Below are positions 22,383-32,000 of a stretch of 32,000 bases of DNA, one piece after another (position 1 is the first letter of the stretch; every line of letters starts with the position of its first letter). The translations under genes were made by a program, and so were the position numbers. This stretch comes from Pseudomonas aeruginosa (lineage in GTDB: Bacteria > Pseudomonadota > Gammaproteobacteria > Pseudomonadales > Pseudomonadaceae): the NCBI RefSeq assembly GCF_001457615.1, contig NZ_LN831024.1:1-32000 (forward strand), read 5' to 3'. The notes below the pieces were generated by a model. The model was not told the DNA's origin. It saw only the letters and a program-made list of their open reading frames with translations, and searched no databases.

Positions 22383-23471
22383 ATGAAGAACCATTCTCCA
22401 GCCGAACTGGAAGCACGGCTGCGCCTGCATGGCCTGCCCGAACTGGGACCCATGCGCTTCCTGCGCTTGATCGAGGCCTTCGGTTCGGCCTCTTCCGCGC
22501 TTGCCGCGCCAGCCGGCGCCTGGCGCACCCTGGGAGTGCCTGCCGAGGCCGCCGCCGCGCGGCGCAGCCCGGCGGTGCGGGAAGCGGCGGGTGAAGCCCT
22601 GCGCTGGCTGGAAGGTCCGCGCAGGCACCTGCTGATGTGGGACGACCCGGGATACCCGGCACTGCTCGCCGAAGTCGCCGATGCCCCGCCGCTGCTGTAC
22701 GTCGAAGGCGCTCCGGAGACTCTGGAACGGCCGCAACTGGCGATGGTCGGCAGCCGCCGCGCCAGCCCCGCCGGGCTGGGCACCGCCCGGAGCTTTGCGC
22801 GCAGCCTGGCGCAGGGCGGCTTCGCCATCACCAGCGGGCTGGCCCTGGGCATCGATGGCGCCGCCCACGAGGGCGCGCTGGAGGCTGGCGGCGCGACCGT
22901 GGCAGTCCTCGGCACCGGCCTGCGCAGGCTCTATCCGCGGCGCCACGAAGCGCTGGCGCGGCGCATCGTCGAGGGTGGCGGCGCGCTGGTTTCGGAGCTG
23001 CCGCTGGACAGCCCGCCGCTGCCGGCAAACTTTCCCCGGCGCAACCGCATCATCAGCGGACTCTCGCTGGGTGTGCTGGTGGTCGAGGCAAGTCCCGCCA
23101 GCGGCTCGCTGATCACCGCGCGGCTGGCGGCGGAACAGGGGCGCGAGGTGTACGCCATTCCGGGTTCCATCCACCATCCCGGCGCACGTGGCTGCCACCA
23201 ACTGATTCGCGATGGCGCGCTGCTGGTGGAAAGCGTCGGGCACGTGCTCGAAGCACTGCGCGGCTGGGCGCAGGCGGAGCCAGCGGAAGCGCCGGCGCAG
23301 CCCCTGCCCCACCCTTTGCTGGCGCTGCTGCGCGCCGCGCCCTACACCAGCGAAGGCCTGGCCGCCGCCAGCGGCATGACGCTGCCCGATGTGCTGGCGA
23401 CGCTCAGCGAACTGGAACTCGACGGCCGGGTCGCCTGCGAGGCCGGCACCTGGGTGCATCGCTCCGGCTGA
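22383..23471 (+). CDS. dprA: DNA processing protein DprA/Smf
   Basis: 362 aa, Rossmann-like [46 protein letters not shown] and [21 protein letters not shown] motifs. Confidence 0.95.
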   Translation: MKNHSPAELEARLRLHGLPELGPMRFLRLIEAFGSASSALAAPAGAWRTLGVPAEAAAARRSPAVREAAGEALRWLEGPRRHLLMWDDPGYPALLAEVADAPPLLYVEGAPETLERPQLAMVGSRRASPAGLGTARSFARSLAQGGFAITSGLALGIDGAAHEGALEAGGATVAVLGTGLRRLYPRRHEALARRIVEGGGALVSELPLDSPPLPANFPRRNRIISGLSLGVLVVEASPASGSLITARLAAEQGREVYAIPGSIHHPGARGCHQLIRDGALLVESVGHVLEALRGWAQAEPAEAPAQPLPHPLLALLRAAPYTSEGLAAASGMTLPDVLATLSELELDGRVACEAGTWVHRSG

Positions 23472-23511
23472 AACCGTACACTTCGCGCACCCTGTCCGCT
23501 GGAGTGAGTCG

Positions 23512-24069
23512 ATGATCAGCAGCTTTCGTGCGCAATGCGCCGCCCGGGTCGTCCGCGAGGGCGGCGTGATCGCCTATCCCACCGAGGCGGTATGGGGGCT
23601 CGGCTGCGACCCGTGGAACGAGGATGCGGTGTATCGCCTGCTGGCGCTGAAGGCGCGGCCGGTGGAAAAGGGCCTGATCGTGGTGGCGGCGAACATCCAC
23701 CAGCTCGACTTCCTTCTCGAAGACCTGCCGGACGTCTGGCTGGACCGCCTGGCCGGTACCTGGCCGGGGCCGAACACCTGGCTGGTGCCGCACCAGGAGC
23801 GCCTGCCGGAGTGGGTCACCGGCGTCCACGAGAGCGTCGCCGTGCGGGTCACCGACCATCCCCTGGTACAGGAACTGTGCCATCTCACCGGTCCGCTGAT
23901 CTCCACCTCGGCCAATCCGGCCGGGCGCCCGGCGGCGCGCACGCGGCTGCGGGTGGAGCAATACTTCCACGACGAGCTGGACGCTATCCTCGGCGGCGCC
24001 CTTGGCGGGCGCCGCAACCCCAGCCTGATCCGCGACCTGGTGACCGGACAGGTCATCCGCCCGGCCTGA
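23512..24069 (+). CDS. tsaC: Threonylcarbamoyl-AMP synthase (YrdC/Sua5 family)
   Basis: Internal start [34 protein letters not shown]; [10 protein letters not shown] motif; 185 aa. Confidence 0.95.
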   Translation: MISSFRAQCAARVVREGGVIAYPTEAVWGLGCDPWNEDAVYRLLALKARPVEKGLIVVAANIHQLDFLLEDLPDVWLDRLAGTWPGPNTWLVPHQERLPEWVTGVHESVAVRVTDHPLVQELCHLTGPLISTSANPAGRPAARTRLRVEQYFHDELDAILGGALGGRRNPSLIRDLVTGQVIRPA

Positions 24070-24078
24070 GTACGCGCT

Positions 24079-25056
24079 TCAGGGCAACAGTACGGTCGAG
24101 CCAGTGGTTCGCCGTGCGGCCAGTTCGGTATGCGCCCTGGCTGCTTCGGCCAGGGCGAAGCGCTGGTTGATCTCGATGCGGATGTCGCCGCGCTCGATCA
24201 GGCCGAACAGCTCGTCGGCCATCGCCTGGAGTTTTTCCGGGGTATCGGCGTAGCTGCCCAGGGTCGGCCGGGTCACGTACAGCGAACCCTTCTGCGAGAG
24301 GATGCCAAGGTTGACCCCGGTCACCGGCCCCGAGGCGTTGCCGAAGCTGACCAGCAAGCCGCGCGGCGCCACGCAGTCCAGCGAGGTTTCCCAGGTATCC
24401 TTGCCCACCGAGTCGTAGACCACCGGGCACTTCTTCCCGTCGGTCAGTTCGAGCACCCGCCGCGCCACGTTCTCATGGCTATAGTCGATGGTCTCCCAGG
24501 CACCGTGCTGCCTGGCCAGGCGCGCCTTTTCCGGCGAGCTGACGGTGCCTATCAGCTGCACTCCAAGGGCCTTGGCCCATTGGCAGGCGAACAGGCCCAC
24601 GCCGCCCGCGGCGGCATGGAAGAGAATGGTTTCGCCGCCCCGCAGTTCGTAGGTCTGGCGCAGCAGGTATTGGGTGGTGAGCCCCTTGAGCATCACCGCG
24701 GCGGCCTGTTCGAAGTCGATGCCGTCGGGCAGGTGGACCAGCTTCTCCTCCGCCAGCACATGCAGTTCGCTGTAGGCGCCCAGCGGGCCGGTGGCGTAGG
24801 CGACGCGGTCGCCGACCTTGAAACGGGTCACTTCGCTGCCCACCGCCTCTACCTCGCCGGCACCTTCGCTACCCAGTCCCGAGGGTAAGCCGGGGGCCGG
24901 ATAGAGGCCGCTGCGGTAGTAGGTGTCGATGAAGTTCAGGCCAATGGCGCGATTGCGCACGCGGACTTCCCGGGGGCCCGGCTCGGCGGGTTGGTAGTCG
25001 CGGTATTCGAGGACTTCGGGGCCGCCGTAGGCAGCGAACTGGATGCGCTTGGCCAT
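24079..25056 (-). CDS. qor: NADPH:quinone oxidoreductase (zinc-type ADH/QOR family)
   Basis: 325 aa, MAKRIQFAAYGGPEVLEYRDYQPAEPGPREVRVRNRAIGLNFIDTYYRSGLY, FHAAAGGVGLFACQWAKALG. Confidence 0.95.
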   Translation of the reverse strand: MAKRIQFAAYGGPEVLEYRDYQPAEPGPREVRVRNRAIGLNFIDTYYRSGLYPAPGLPSGLGSEGAGEVEAVGSEVTRFKVGDRVAYATGPLGAYSELHVLAEEKLVHLPDGIDFEQAAAVMLKGLTTQYLLRQTYELRGGETILFHAAAGGVGLFACQWAKALGVQLIGTVSSPEKARLARQHGAWETIDYSHENVARRVLELTDGKKCPVVYDSVGKDTWETSLDCVAPRGLLVSFGNASGPVTGVNLGILSQKGSLYVTRPTLGSYADTPEKLQAMADELFGLIERGDIRIEINQRFALAEAARAHTELAARRTTGSTVLLP

Positions 25057-25140
25057 GCTGGAACTCCTGCTTCGTCAGGGTTTCGGACGGTCGCGCCGGG
25101 TGGGCGACCCTGGGTAAAGGCCTTCATCCAAGCCTTCCCC

Positions 25141-26164
<1,024 letters not shown>

Positions 26165-26221
26165 CCCGCCCGCAGGGGACGAGTCCGCTCGTCCCGTCCC
26201 ACTCCGGCAAAGGAACGACCC

Positions 26222-27046
26222 ATGGACCGCTATTGCGTATTCGGCAACCCCATCGGCCACAGCAAGTCGCCGCTGATCCACCGCCTGTTCGCCGAGCAGA
26301 CCGGCGAGGCGCTGGTCTATGACGCGCAACTGGCGCCGCTGGACGATTTCCCCGGGTTCGCCCGGCGCTTCTTCGAGCAGGGCAAGGGCGCCAATGTCAC
26401 CGTGCCGTTCAAGGAAGAGGCCTATCGTCTGGTGGACGAGTTGAGCGAGCGGGCCACCCGGGCCGGGGCGGTGAACACCCTGATCCGCCTCGCCGACGGT
26501 CGCCTGCGCGGCGACAACACCGACGGCGCCGGCCTGCTGCGGGACCTGACGGCGAACGCCGGGGTCGAGCTGCGCGGCAAGCGGGTTCTCCTGCTCGGCG
26601 CCGGCGGTGCGGTGCGTGGGGTGCTCGAACCCTTCCTCGGCGAGTGCCCGGCGGAGTTGCTGATCGCCAACCGCACGGCGCGGAAGGCCGTGGACCTGGC
26701 CGAGCGGTTCGCCGACCTCGGCGCGGTGCACGGCTGCGGTTTCGCCGAGGTCGAAGGGCCTTTCGACCTGATCGTCAACGGCACCTCGGCCAGTCTTGCC
26801 GGCGACGTGCCGCCGCTGGCGCAGAGCGTGATCGAGCCCGGCCGTACCGTCTGCTACGACATGATGTATGCCAAGGAACCGACTGCCTTCAACCGCTGGG
26901 CCGCCGAACGCGGTGCGGCGCGTACCCTGGATGGCCTGGGCATGCTGGTGGAGCAGGCCGCCGAGGCATTCTTCCTCTGGCGCGGCGTGCGTCCTGCCTC
27001 GGCGCCAGTGTTGGAGACGCTGCGCCGACAGTTGGCAACTGTCTGA
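26222..27046 (+). CDS. aroE: Shikimate dehydrogenase
   Basis: 274 aa, [50 protein letters not shown] motifs. Confidence 0.98.
   Translation: MDRYCVFGNPIGHSKSPLIHRLFAEQTGEALVYDAQLAPLDDFPGFARRFFEQGKGANVTVPFKEEAYRLVDELSERATRAGAVNTLIRLADGRLRGDNTDGAGLLRDLTANAGVELRGKRVLLLGAGGAVRGVLEPFLGECPAELLIANRTARKAVDLAERFADLGAVHGCGFAEVEGPFDLIVNGTSASLAGDVPPLAQSVIEPGRTVCYDMMYAKEPTAFNRWAAERGAARTLDGLGMLVEQAAEAFFLWRGVRPASAPVLETLRRQLATV
27027..27043. repeat. 17-bp perfect inverted repeat GACAGTTG-g-CAACTGTC over the last codons of aroE
   Basis: Direct sequence observation. Confidence 0.85.
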
Positions 27047-27061
27047 GTTGTCAGGCGGAAT

Positions 27062-27079
27062 TTGAGACGTACGTCTCAA
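27062..27079. promoter_or_regulatory. 18-bp perfect palindrome TTGAGACGTACGTCTCAA upstream of plcB, candidate operator
   Basis: Direct sequence observation; 77-95 bp upstream of the plcB ATG in a short intergenic region. Confidence 0.6.
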
Positions 27080-27156
27080 GTTGGCTTCCATCTGACATGT
27101 AGGAATCACAAAACCGGGTTAAGACTTCAGGCTTCACTCACTCTCGAGCGCTGCCG

Positions 27157-28143
27157 ATGAAAACCTTCGCCCGCCTGGCCGCCGGTCTCTGCATCTGCGC
27201 CATCGCCAGCCAGGCCAACGCCTGGTCGCAACCGACCCACAAGAACATCGTCAAGGACGCCCTGGCCTTCATGAACTCCTCCTACGCCACCGAGGAGATG
27301 CGTCAGGCCTACCGGTTCTACGTGAGCGCCGCCGGCAGCGAGGCGCAGGCCGGGGAGATCCTCGGCCAGGCGGCCTTCGACGTGGACGACTTCAAGGACA
27401 CCCGTCTCGGGGGCTGGTGGGTCGGCTACGAACACGCGCCGCTGTGGGGCGCGGCTTCGGGCATCGTCAACTACACCTCGTACTGGCACTTCCTCAACCT
27501 GGCCCGGGACGGCGACTCCCATGGCAACCCCCACGGCGGCTACGACTACCGCTACCACAAGGTCGACGGCGGCATCGCCGACGTCGACTGGTACGCCATG
27601 GTCTATCTCTACAACCGCGAGCTGAAGCGCGAGGACTTCGACACCACCGAGGCGCACTACCGCCAGGGCACCCGCTCGGACTGGCAGGAGCACTACGGCG
27701 ACTTCCAGACCGCCGCCTTCCAGCCGATCGATAACCTCGCCACCTACTGGTTCGAGCAGTTCCGCGCCGCGCCTTCGCTGCAGACCATCGGCTATGCCCT
27801 GCATGCCACCGGCGACGTGGCCCAGCCGCACCATGTGTGGATCACCTCGGCCAACGGCCATTCCAGCTGGGAAGGCTGGGTCGACGACCACTACGCCAGC
27901 GAGAAGCTCAACGACCCGGCGGCGGTGGCCAACCTGGTGGGGCGCTACGACCCGAGCAAGAGCATCCGCGACCTGCTCACCCAGACCGGCCAGGTCGCCT
28001 ACGCGCGCCCCGAGCCGCTCTACGACACCAGCTACGAGACGCGCCTGCGGGTGGCGAAGGAGCTGATTCCCGAGTCCATCGCCCTGACCGTCACCGTACT
28101 GACCAAGGGCGCCAACAGCTTCGATGCACCGACTGCTCTCTGA
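27157..28143 (+). CDS. plcB: Zinc-dependent phospholipase C family protein (PlcB)
   Basis: 328 aa, signal peptide MKTFARLAAGLCICAIASQANAW followed by SQPTHKNIVKDAL, YALHATGDVAQPHHV and WHFLNLARDGDSHGNPHGG His-rich metal-ligand segments; PA0026-like. Confidence 0.88.
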   Translation: MKTFARLAAGLCICAIASQANAWSQPTHKNIVKDALAFMNSSYATEEMRQAYRFYVSAAGSEAQAGEILGQAAFDVDDFKDTRLGGWWVGYEHAPLWGAASGIVNYTSYWHFLNLARDGDSHGNPHGGYDYRYHKVDGGIADVDWYAMVYLYNRELKREDFDTTEAHYRQGTRSDWQEHYGDFQTAAFQPIDNLATYWFEQFRAAPSLQTIGYALHATGDVAQPHHVWITSANGHSSWEGWVDDHYASEKLNDPAAVANLVGRYDPSKSIRDLLTQTGQVAYARPEPLYDTSYETRLRVAKELIPESIALTVTVLTKGANSFDAPTAL

Positions 28144-29410
28144 TCGCGCCCGGGGCTGGCGTCGCGCACTGTGCGGGATCGTCCTCGGGCTGCTGGCGTG
28201 GAGCGCCCATGGCGTCCCCGCCAAGGCGCCGCAGGATCTGCGGATCGACGGCGAGGTGCTGCCGGGGAGAAGCATCGACTTGCTCGAGCAGGCCCTGTCG
28301 CGGGTCAAGTTCAACACCGACCCGCAGCAGTTGCGCCGTGGCCTGGTGGAAAACCGCCTGCTGGCGCGCGCGGTGGAAGACCAGCTCACCGCGCAGAGCC
28401 GCGCCGATCTCGACGCCAGCGTGGAGATCGAGGCCGGCAACCTGCTCGAACAGGTATACGGCAGGCGCTACCGCGAGGACCTCGGGCCATACCTGCGCCA
28501 GCCCCGGGCCCTGAGCGCGGAGCGTTTACGCGAGGTGCTGGCGCCGAGGAGCCGCGGCCTGGTGGAAAACAGCCTGCTGCTGGACGAGACGCAGCGCCGC
28601 GAGGCGGCCGGGGTCGAGCTGATCGGCTGGCAGTTTCCCGGCCAGCCGGCACAGGTCCTCGACCTGCTATCGCTGTACGAAGGCGACAACGTCCAGGGCC
28701 AGGTGGAATTGCAACAGGGCAACCTCGCTTACCTGGCGCGCCAGGTCCAGACCCGCATCCGCCGCGACTACCTCTGGTACCGCCTGGCCCGGGACGGCTT
28801 CGGCCCGGCAGAGCGGCAGGGCGTGAGGACCCTGGTGCGGGACAAGCTGGTGCGCCATCGCTATCTGCACCAGATCGGCCTCTACAGTGATTTCCACCAT
28901 GAGTCCGATGCGCTGCGGGAACTCGCCGGCAAGGTCAGCGACAAGGACGCCGAGGCCTACTATCGGCGCAACCTGGAGCGTTACCGCAACGTCGCGCAGG
29001 TGCAGGCGGCGCATATCCGCCTGGCCGACCAGGCGAGCGCGGACAAGGTCTACGCCGAGTTGCGCGGCGGCCTGGCCTTCGACGAGGCGGTACGCCGCTA
29101 TTCCCTGGCCGACGACAGGGACCGCGACCCGCCCGGCGACCTAGGCCTGATACGGCCCCAGGACGGCCGGCTCGACCTGCTGCGCAAGACTGCGCTGATC
29201 CAGAAGGCCGATACGGTTTCCCAGCCGATGCGCATCGACGGCGCGTTCGAGATCGTCCGGGTGCGTAGCCGCAAGGATCGCCAGTTGCCCCTCGACGACC
29301 GCAGCGTGCGCTTCGAGGTGAACCAGGCGGTGGCGCGCGAGCAACTGGCAGCGCAGTTCGAGACGCGCCTGCGCAACCTGCTGGCCGGCGCCAGGGTGGA
29401 AGGCCTGTGA
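28124..29410 (+). CDS. Periplasmic parvulin-type (PpiC/SurA-like) peptidyl-prolyl cis-trans isomerase
   Basis: 428 aa; signal-like N-terminus; C-terminal parvulin-like block VQAAHIRLADQASADKVYAELRGGLAFDEAVRRYSLADDRDRDPPGDLGLI; overlaps plcB by 20 nt. Confidence 0.8.
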   Translation: MHRLLSDRARGWRRALCGIVLGLLAWSAHGVPAKAPQDLRIDGEVLPGRSIDLLEQALSRVKFNTDPQQLRRGLVENRLLARAVEDQLTAQSRADLDASVEIEAGNLLEQVYGRRYREDLGPYLRQPRALSAERLREVLAPRSRGLVENSLLLDETQRREAAGVELIGWQFPGQPAQVLDLLSLYEGDNVQGQVELQQGNLAYLARQVQTRIRRDYLWYRLARDGFGPAERQGVRTLVRDKLVRHRYLHQIGLYSDFHHESDALRELAGKVSDKDAEAYYRRNLERYRNVAQVQAAHIRLADQASADKVYAELRGGLAFDEAVRRYSLADDRDRDPPGDLGLIRPQDGRLDLLRKTALIQKADTVSQPMRIDGAFEIVRVRSRKDRQLPLDDRSVRFEVNQAVAREQLAAQFETRLRNLLAGARVEGL

Positions 29411-30009
29411 AGCGCTGGCTCGGCGTTGCCCTCGGCTGCAGCGGGCTGGCGATCGCCCTGACCTGCGCCGGCGTGTTGCTGGCGCCTGCCGATATGGCCG
29501 CTTCCTCGTCTTCTCCGTCGCCAGCCAGGACGGTTGCGGCACTGCCCGCGGTCGACGACCGTCCGCCGCCGCTGGCGCCGGTGCGATCGCAAGCGGCAGC
29601 ACCTGCGTACGAGGCGGAGCCGCCGGCGGCGGAACTAGATCGCGAGCAGGCGATCCAGTTCATGCAGATGCTGCGCGACGAGGGCGACCCGCGCAGCCCG
29701 CCGCTCGGCGGCCTGCAACCACGCCAGGGCGCGACGGCGCAGGAGCTGGCCGATCCGAAGCAGTACCAGGCCTTCGAGGAACGACAGACCCGCGAACTGG
29801 TACAGGCCTACACCAGCGGCGTACAGCAGATACCGGAAATCCGCGCGCGGATCGAGGCGGCCGAACAGGGTGGCGAGCGCAGCGCCGAGGAAATCGACGA
29901 GGCTCGCGCCGCCCTTGGACAGTTGGAGATGATGCGCGACAAGCTGCAGCGGGAATCGCCGCAACTGCTGCCCGGCGACAGCGCACCGACATCGCCGGCG
30001 GCGCCCTGA
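29407..30009 (+). CDS. Small N-terminally anchored hypothetical protein (GTG start)
   Basis: 200 aa, N-terminal hydrophobic segment, proline/alanine-rich linker, charged helical C-terminus; GTGA overlap with the PPIase gene; PA0028-like. Confidence 0.7.
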   Translation: MKRWLGVALGCSGLAIALTCAGVLLAPADMAASSSSPSPARTVAALPAVDDRPPPLAPVRSQAAAPAYEAEPPAAELDREQAIQFMQMLRDEGDPRSPPLGGLQPRQGATAQELADPKQYQAFEERQTRELVQAYTSGVQQIPEIRARIEAAEQGGERSAEEIDEARAALGQLEMMRDKLQRESPQLLPGDSAPTSPAAP

Positions 30010-30012
30010 GCG

Positions 30013-31566
30013 TCAGCCTTCGTAGTGCAGGCGGCAGCCTTCGTCGGCCTGCCGGCCCAGCGCTTCGCGGACCTGCGGGCGGGCGTGGCGCAATACCAGG
30101 CGGCGGCCCTCGGCGTGCAGGCGGCGGGCTTCCTGCTGCAACAGCACTGCGCCGGCGAAGTCGATGAAGTTCACCTGGCGGGCGTCCAGCACCAGCCGTG
30201 GCCTGTCGCATTGGCGCATGAGGCGTTGCAGGTAGTCGCAGGCGCCGAAGAAGATCGAGCCTTCGATGCGCAGCACTTCTTCCTCGTCGTTGCGCTGGCG
30301 CAGTACGCGTGGTGTCGAGGTGCGCCGCAGGTAGAAGACCAGCGACGCCAGCACTCCCGCGTAGATGGCGTTCTGCAGCGGCAACAGCAGCGTGGCCAGG
30401 GCGGTTAGGCCGGCCACCAGGCATTCGGCGCGGCCGCTGCGGTAGAGCGCGCGGAGCGCCGGGCGGTCGATCAGGCCCCAGGCGATCAGCAGGATGCCTG
30501 CGGCCATCGCCGGCAACGGTACATGCTCGATCAGGCGCGCACCGAGCACGGCCAGCAGTGCCACCCAGAGCGCCGAAAACGCACCCGCCAGCGGGGAGCG
30601 CGCACCGGCTTCCAGATTCAGCCCGGAGCGGGTGAAGGAGCCCGCCGACAGGCTCGCCGACAGCCAAGGCCCGAGCAGGTTCGACAGGCCCTGGGCGCGG
30701 ACCTCCTGGTTGGCATCGAACGCGTCTCCCTGGCGCGCGGCCAGGGCGCGGGCGATCGACAGGCTGGTGACCAGCCCGAGCATGCCGCAGGCCACCGCCG
30801 CAGGTAGCAGGTCGAGGATCGATCGGGAATCGAAGACCAGCGGATTCCAGCCCGGCAGTGCGCTCGATAAGGCCTGCACATGGGCTACCGAGGCGAAGGT
30901 CCCGGGTAGCGCCCAGACCAGCGTGGCACCGCCCAGCAAGCCAAGCAGCAGGGCCGGCCAGCGCGGTCGCAGGCGCCTGACCAGCAGGCTGAGCGCGAAG
31001 CTGAAGCCGCCCACCAGCAGCGATGGGCCATCGAACTCGGCGAACCGCGCCAGCAGCCGCCAGCCGTTTCCCGGCGCTGCGCCCTCCCCGCTCGCGGCCA
31101 GGCCGAGAAGATAGGGCAGTTGGCCGAGGACGATCAGCAGCGCCGCGCCAAGGGTGAAGCCGAGCATCACCGAATGCGAGACGAAATTGACCAGCGACCC
31201 GACGCGCAGGACGCCGAGCAGCCACTGGAAGGCGCCGGCGAGAAAGGTCAGCAGCAGCACGGCCTGGACGTATTGCGGGCTGCCCAGCGGCGCCAGCGGG
31301 GCCACCGAACTGAACAGCAGCACCGAGATCGCCGCGGTGGGACCGCTCACCAGGTGGCGCGACGAGCCCCACAGGCAGGCGATCGCCACTGGCAGCATCG
31401 CCGCGTACAGGCCGTACTCCGCTGGCAGGCCGGCGATCAGCGCATAGGCCATCGATTGCGGCAGTGCCAGGATTGCGCCATTCAGGCCGACCCAAGCCTC
31501 GCGCCCGAGCATGCCCCGGTGCAGCCCCGGTAGCCAGGCGAGGAACGGCAGCAAGCGCGTCCACAT
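30013..31566 (-). CDS. SulP-family anion (sulfate/bicarbonate) transporter with C-terminal STAS domain
   Basis: 517 aa, WVGLNGAILALPQSMAYALIAGLPAEYGLYAAMLPVAIACLWGSSRHLVSGPTAAIS; C-terminal LVLDARQVNFIDFAGAVLLQQEARRL STAS-like block. Confidence 0.92.
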   Translation of the reverse strand: MWTRLLPFLAWLPGLHRGMLGREAWVGLNGAILALPQSMAYALIAGLPAEYGLYAAMLPVAIACLWGSSRHLVSGPTAAISVLLFSSVAPLAPLGSPQYVQAVLLLTFLAGAFQWLLGVLRVGSLVNFVSHSVMLGFTLGAALLIVLGQLPYLLGLAASGEGAAPGNGWRLLARFAEFDGPSLLVGGFSFALSLLVRRLRPRWPALLLGLLGGATLVWALPGTFASVAHVQALSSALPGWNPLVFDSRSILDLLPAAVACGMLGLVTSLSIARALAARQGDAFDANQEVRAQGLSNLLGPWLSASLSAGSFTRSGLNLEAGARSPLAGAFSALWVALLAVLGARLIEHVPLPAMAAGILLIAWGLIDRPALRALYRSGRAECLVAGLTALATLLLPLQNAIYAGVLASLVFYLRRTSTPRVLRQRNDEEEVLRIEGSIFFGACDYLQRLMRQCDRPRLVLDARQVNFIDFAGAVLLQQEARRLHAEGRRLVLRHARPQVREALGRQADEGCRLHYEG

Positions 31567-31570
31567 GGCG

Positions 31571-31999
31571 CTATGGCTGGCCGCGAACCGCGGCCAGGGC
31601 GTCGCCGCCGTCGCGGCTGGTCACCCCTTGCAGCCAGGCCTCGAGCACCCGCGGGTTGGCCTTGAGCCAGGCGCGGGTCGCCGAGGCCGGAGTCGCCGTG
31701 CCTTCCAGCGCGTCGCTCATCAGGCGGTTCTCCATGTCCAGGTCGAAGCGCAGGTTGGCCAGCAGCCGCGCCGGGTTCGGGCACTGCGCGGCGTAGCCCT
31801 TGCGTGCCAGGGTGTAGACCTGGCCGCGGTCGCCGAAGTACTGCTCGCCGCCTTCCAGGTAGCGCAGGTCATGGCGGATGTTCATCGGGTGCGGCGTCCA
31901 GCCGAGGAACACCAGCCAGCGCTGGCGCTTCTCGGCCCGGCCGAGTTCGGCGAGCATCGCCTGCTCGCTGGACTCCACCAGCTTCCAGTCGCCGAGGCC
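31571..31999 (-). CDS. ABC-type glycine betaine/choline-like substrate-binding protein, OpuAC family (5' part outside window)
   Basis: Frame is open to the window edge; WLVFLGWTPHPMNIRHDLRYLEGGEQYFGDRGQVYTLARKGYAAQCPNPARLLANLRF resembles OpuAC/ChoX-type proteins; PA0030-like. Confidence 0.8.
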   Translation of the reverse strand, partial: GLGDWKLVESSEQAMLAELGRAEKRQRWLVFLGWTPHPMNIRHDLRYLEGGEQYFGDRGQVYTLARKGYAAQCPNPARLLANLRFDLDMENRLMSDALEGTATPASATRAWLKANPRVLEAWLQGVTSRDGGDALAAVRGQP

Positions 32000-32000
32000 G

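Noticed and set aside
29660-31564. 634-aa plus-strand ORF overlapping the SulP gene antisense
   Set aside because: Arg/Pro/Ala-rich translation typical of out-of-frame high-GC DNA; the SulP frame on the minus strand is convincing.

Overview
This window is ordinary-looking core chromosome from Pseudomonas aeruginosa or a very close relative. It begins exactly at the dnaA start codon. Gene order is dnaA-dnaN-recF-gyrB, PlsC-type acyltransferase (lptA/PA0005-like), gmhB, a diheme c-type cytochrome (PA0007-like), glyS-glyQ, tag, htrB-type lipid A acyltransferase, PilZ, YhhQ/queuosine-precursor transporter, two small ORFs, trkA-rsmB-fmt-def, tsaP, dprA, tsaC, qor, hemF, aroE, plcB, parvulin-type PPIase, a small membrane-anchored hypothetical, a SulP transporter, and the 3' part of an OpuAC-like binding protein gene. 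I see no CRISPR array, mobile element, tRNA or rRNA, and no obvious novel defence system. The most interesting signals are regulatory or structural. (1) A compact leader element at 15089-15121 directly upstream of the YhhQ-family gene fits the preQ1-I riboswitch layout and overlaps the Shine-Dalgarno. (2) Four parS-like 16-mers (TGTTCCACGTGGAACA/C) sit at 3110, 3738, 13628 and 14988. (3) Two perfect palindromes lie within about 55 bp between aroE and plcB. (4) An Anr/Dnr-type box lies upstream of hemF. (5) A RoxA-like diheme cytochrome of unknown role is present. (6) plcB overlaps a parvulin PPIase gene and a small membrane-protein gene. Gene names rest on recognised protein sequence and conserved synteny; no database search was run.
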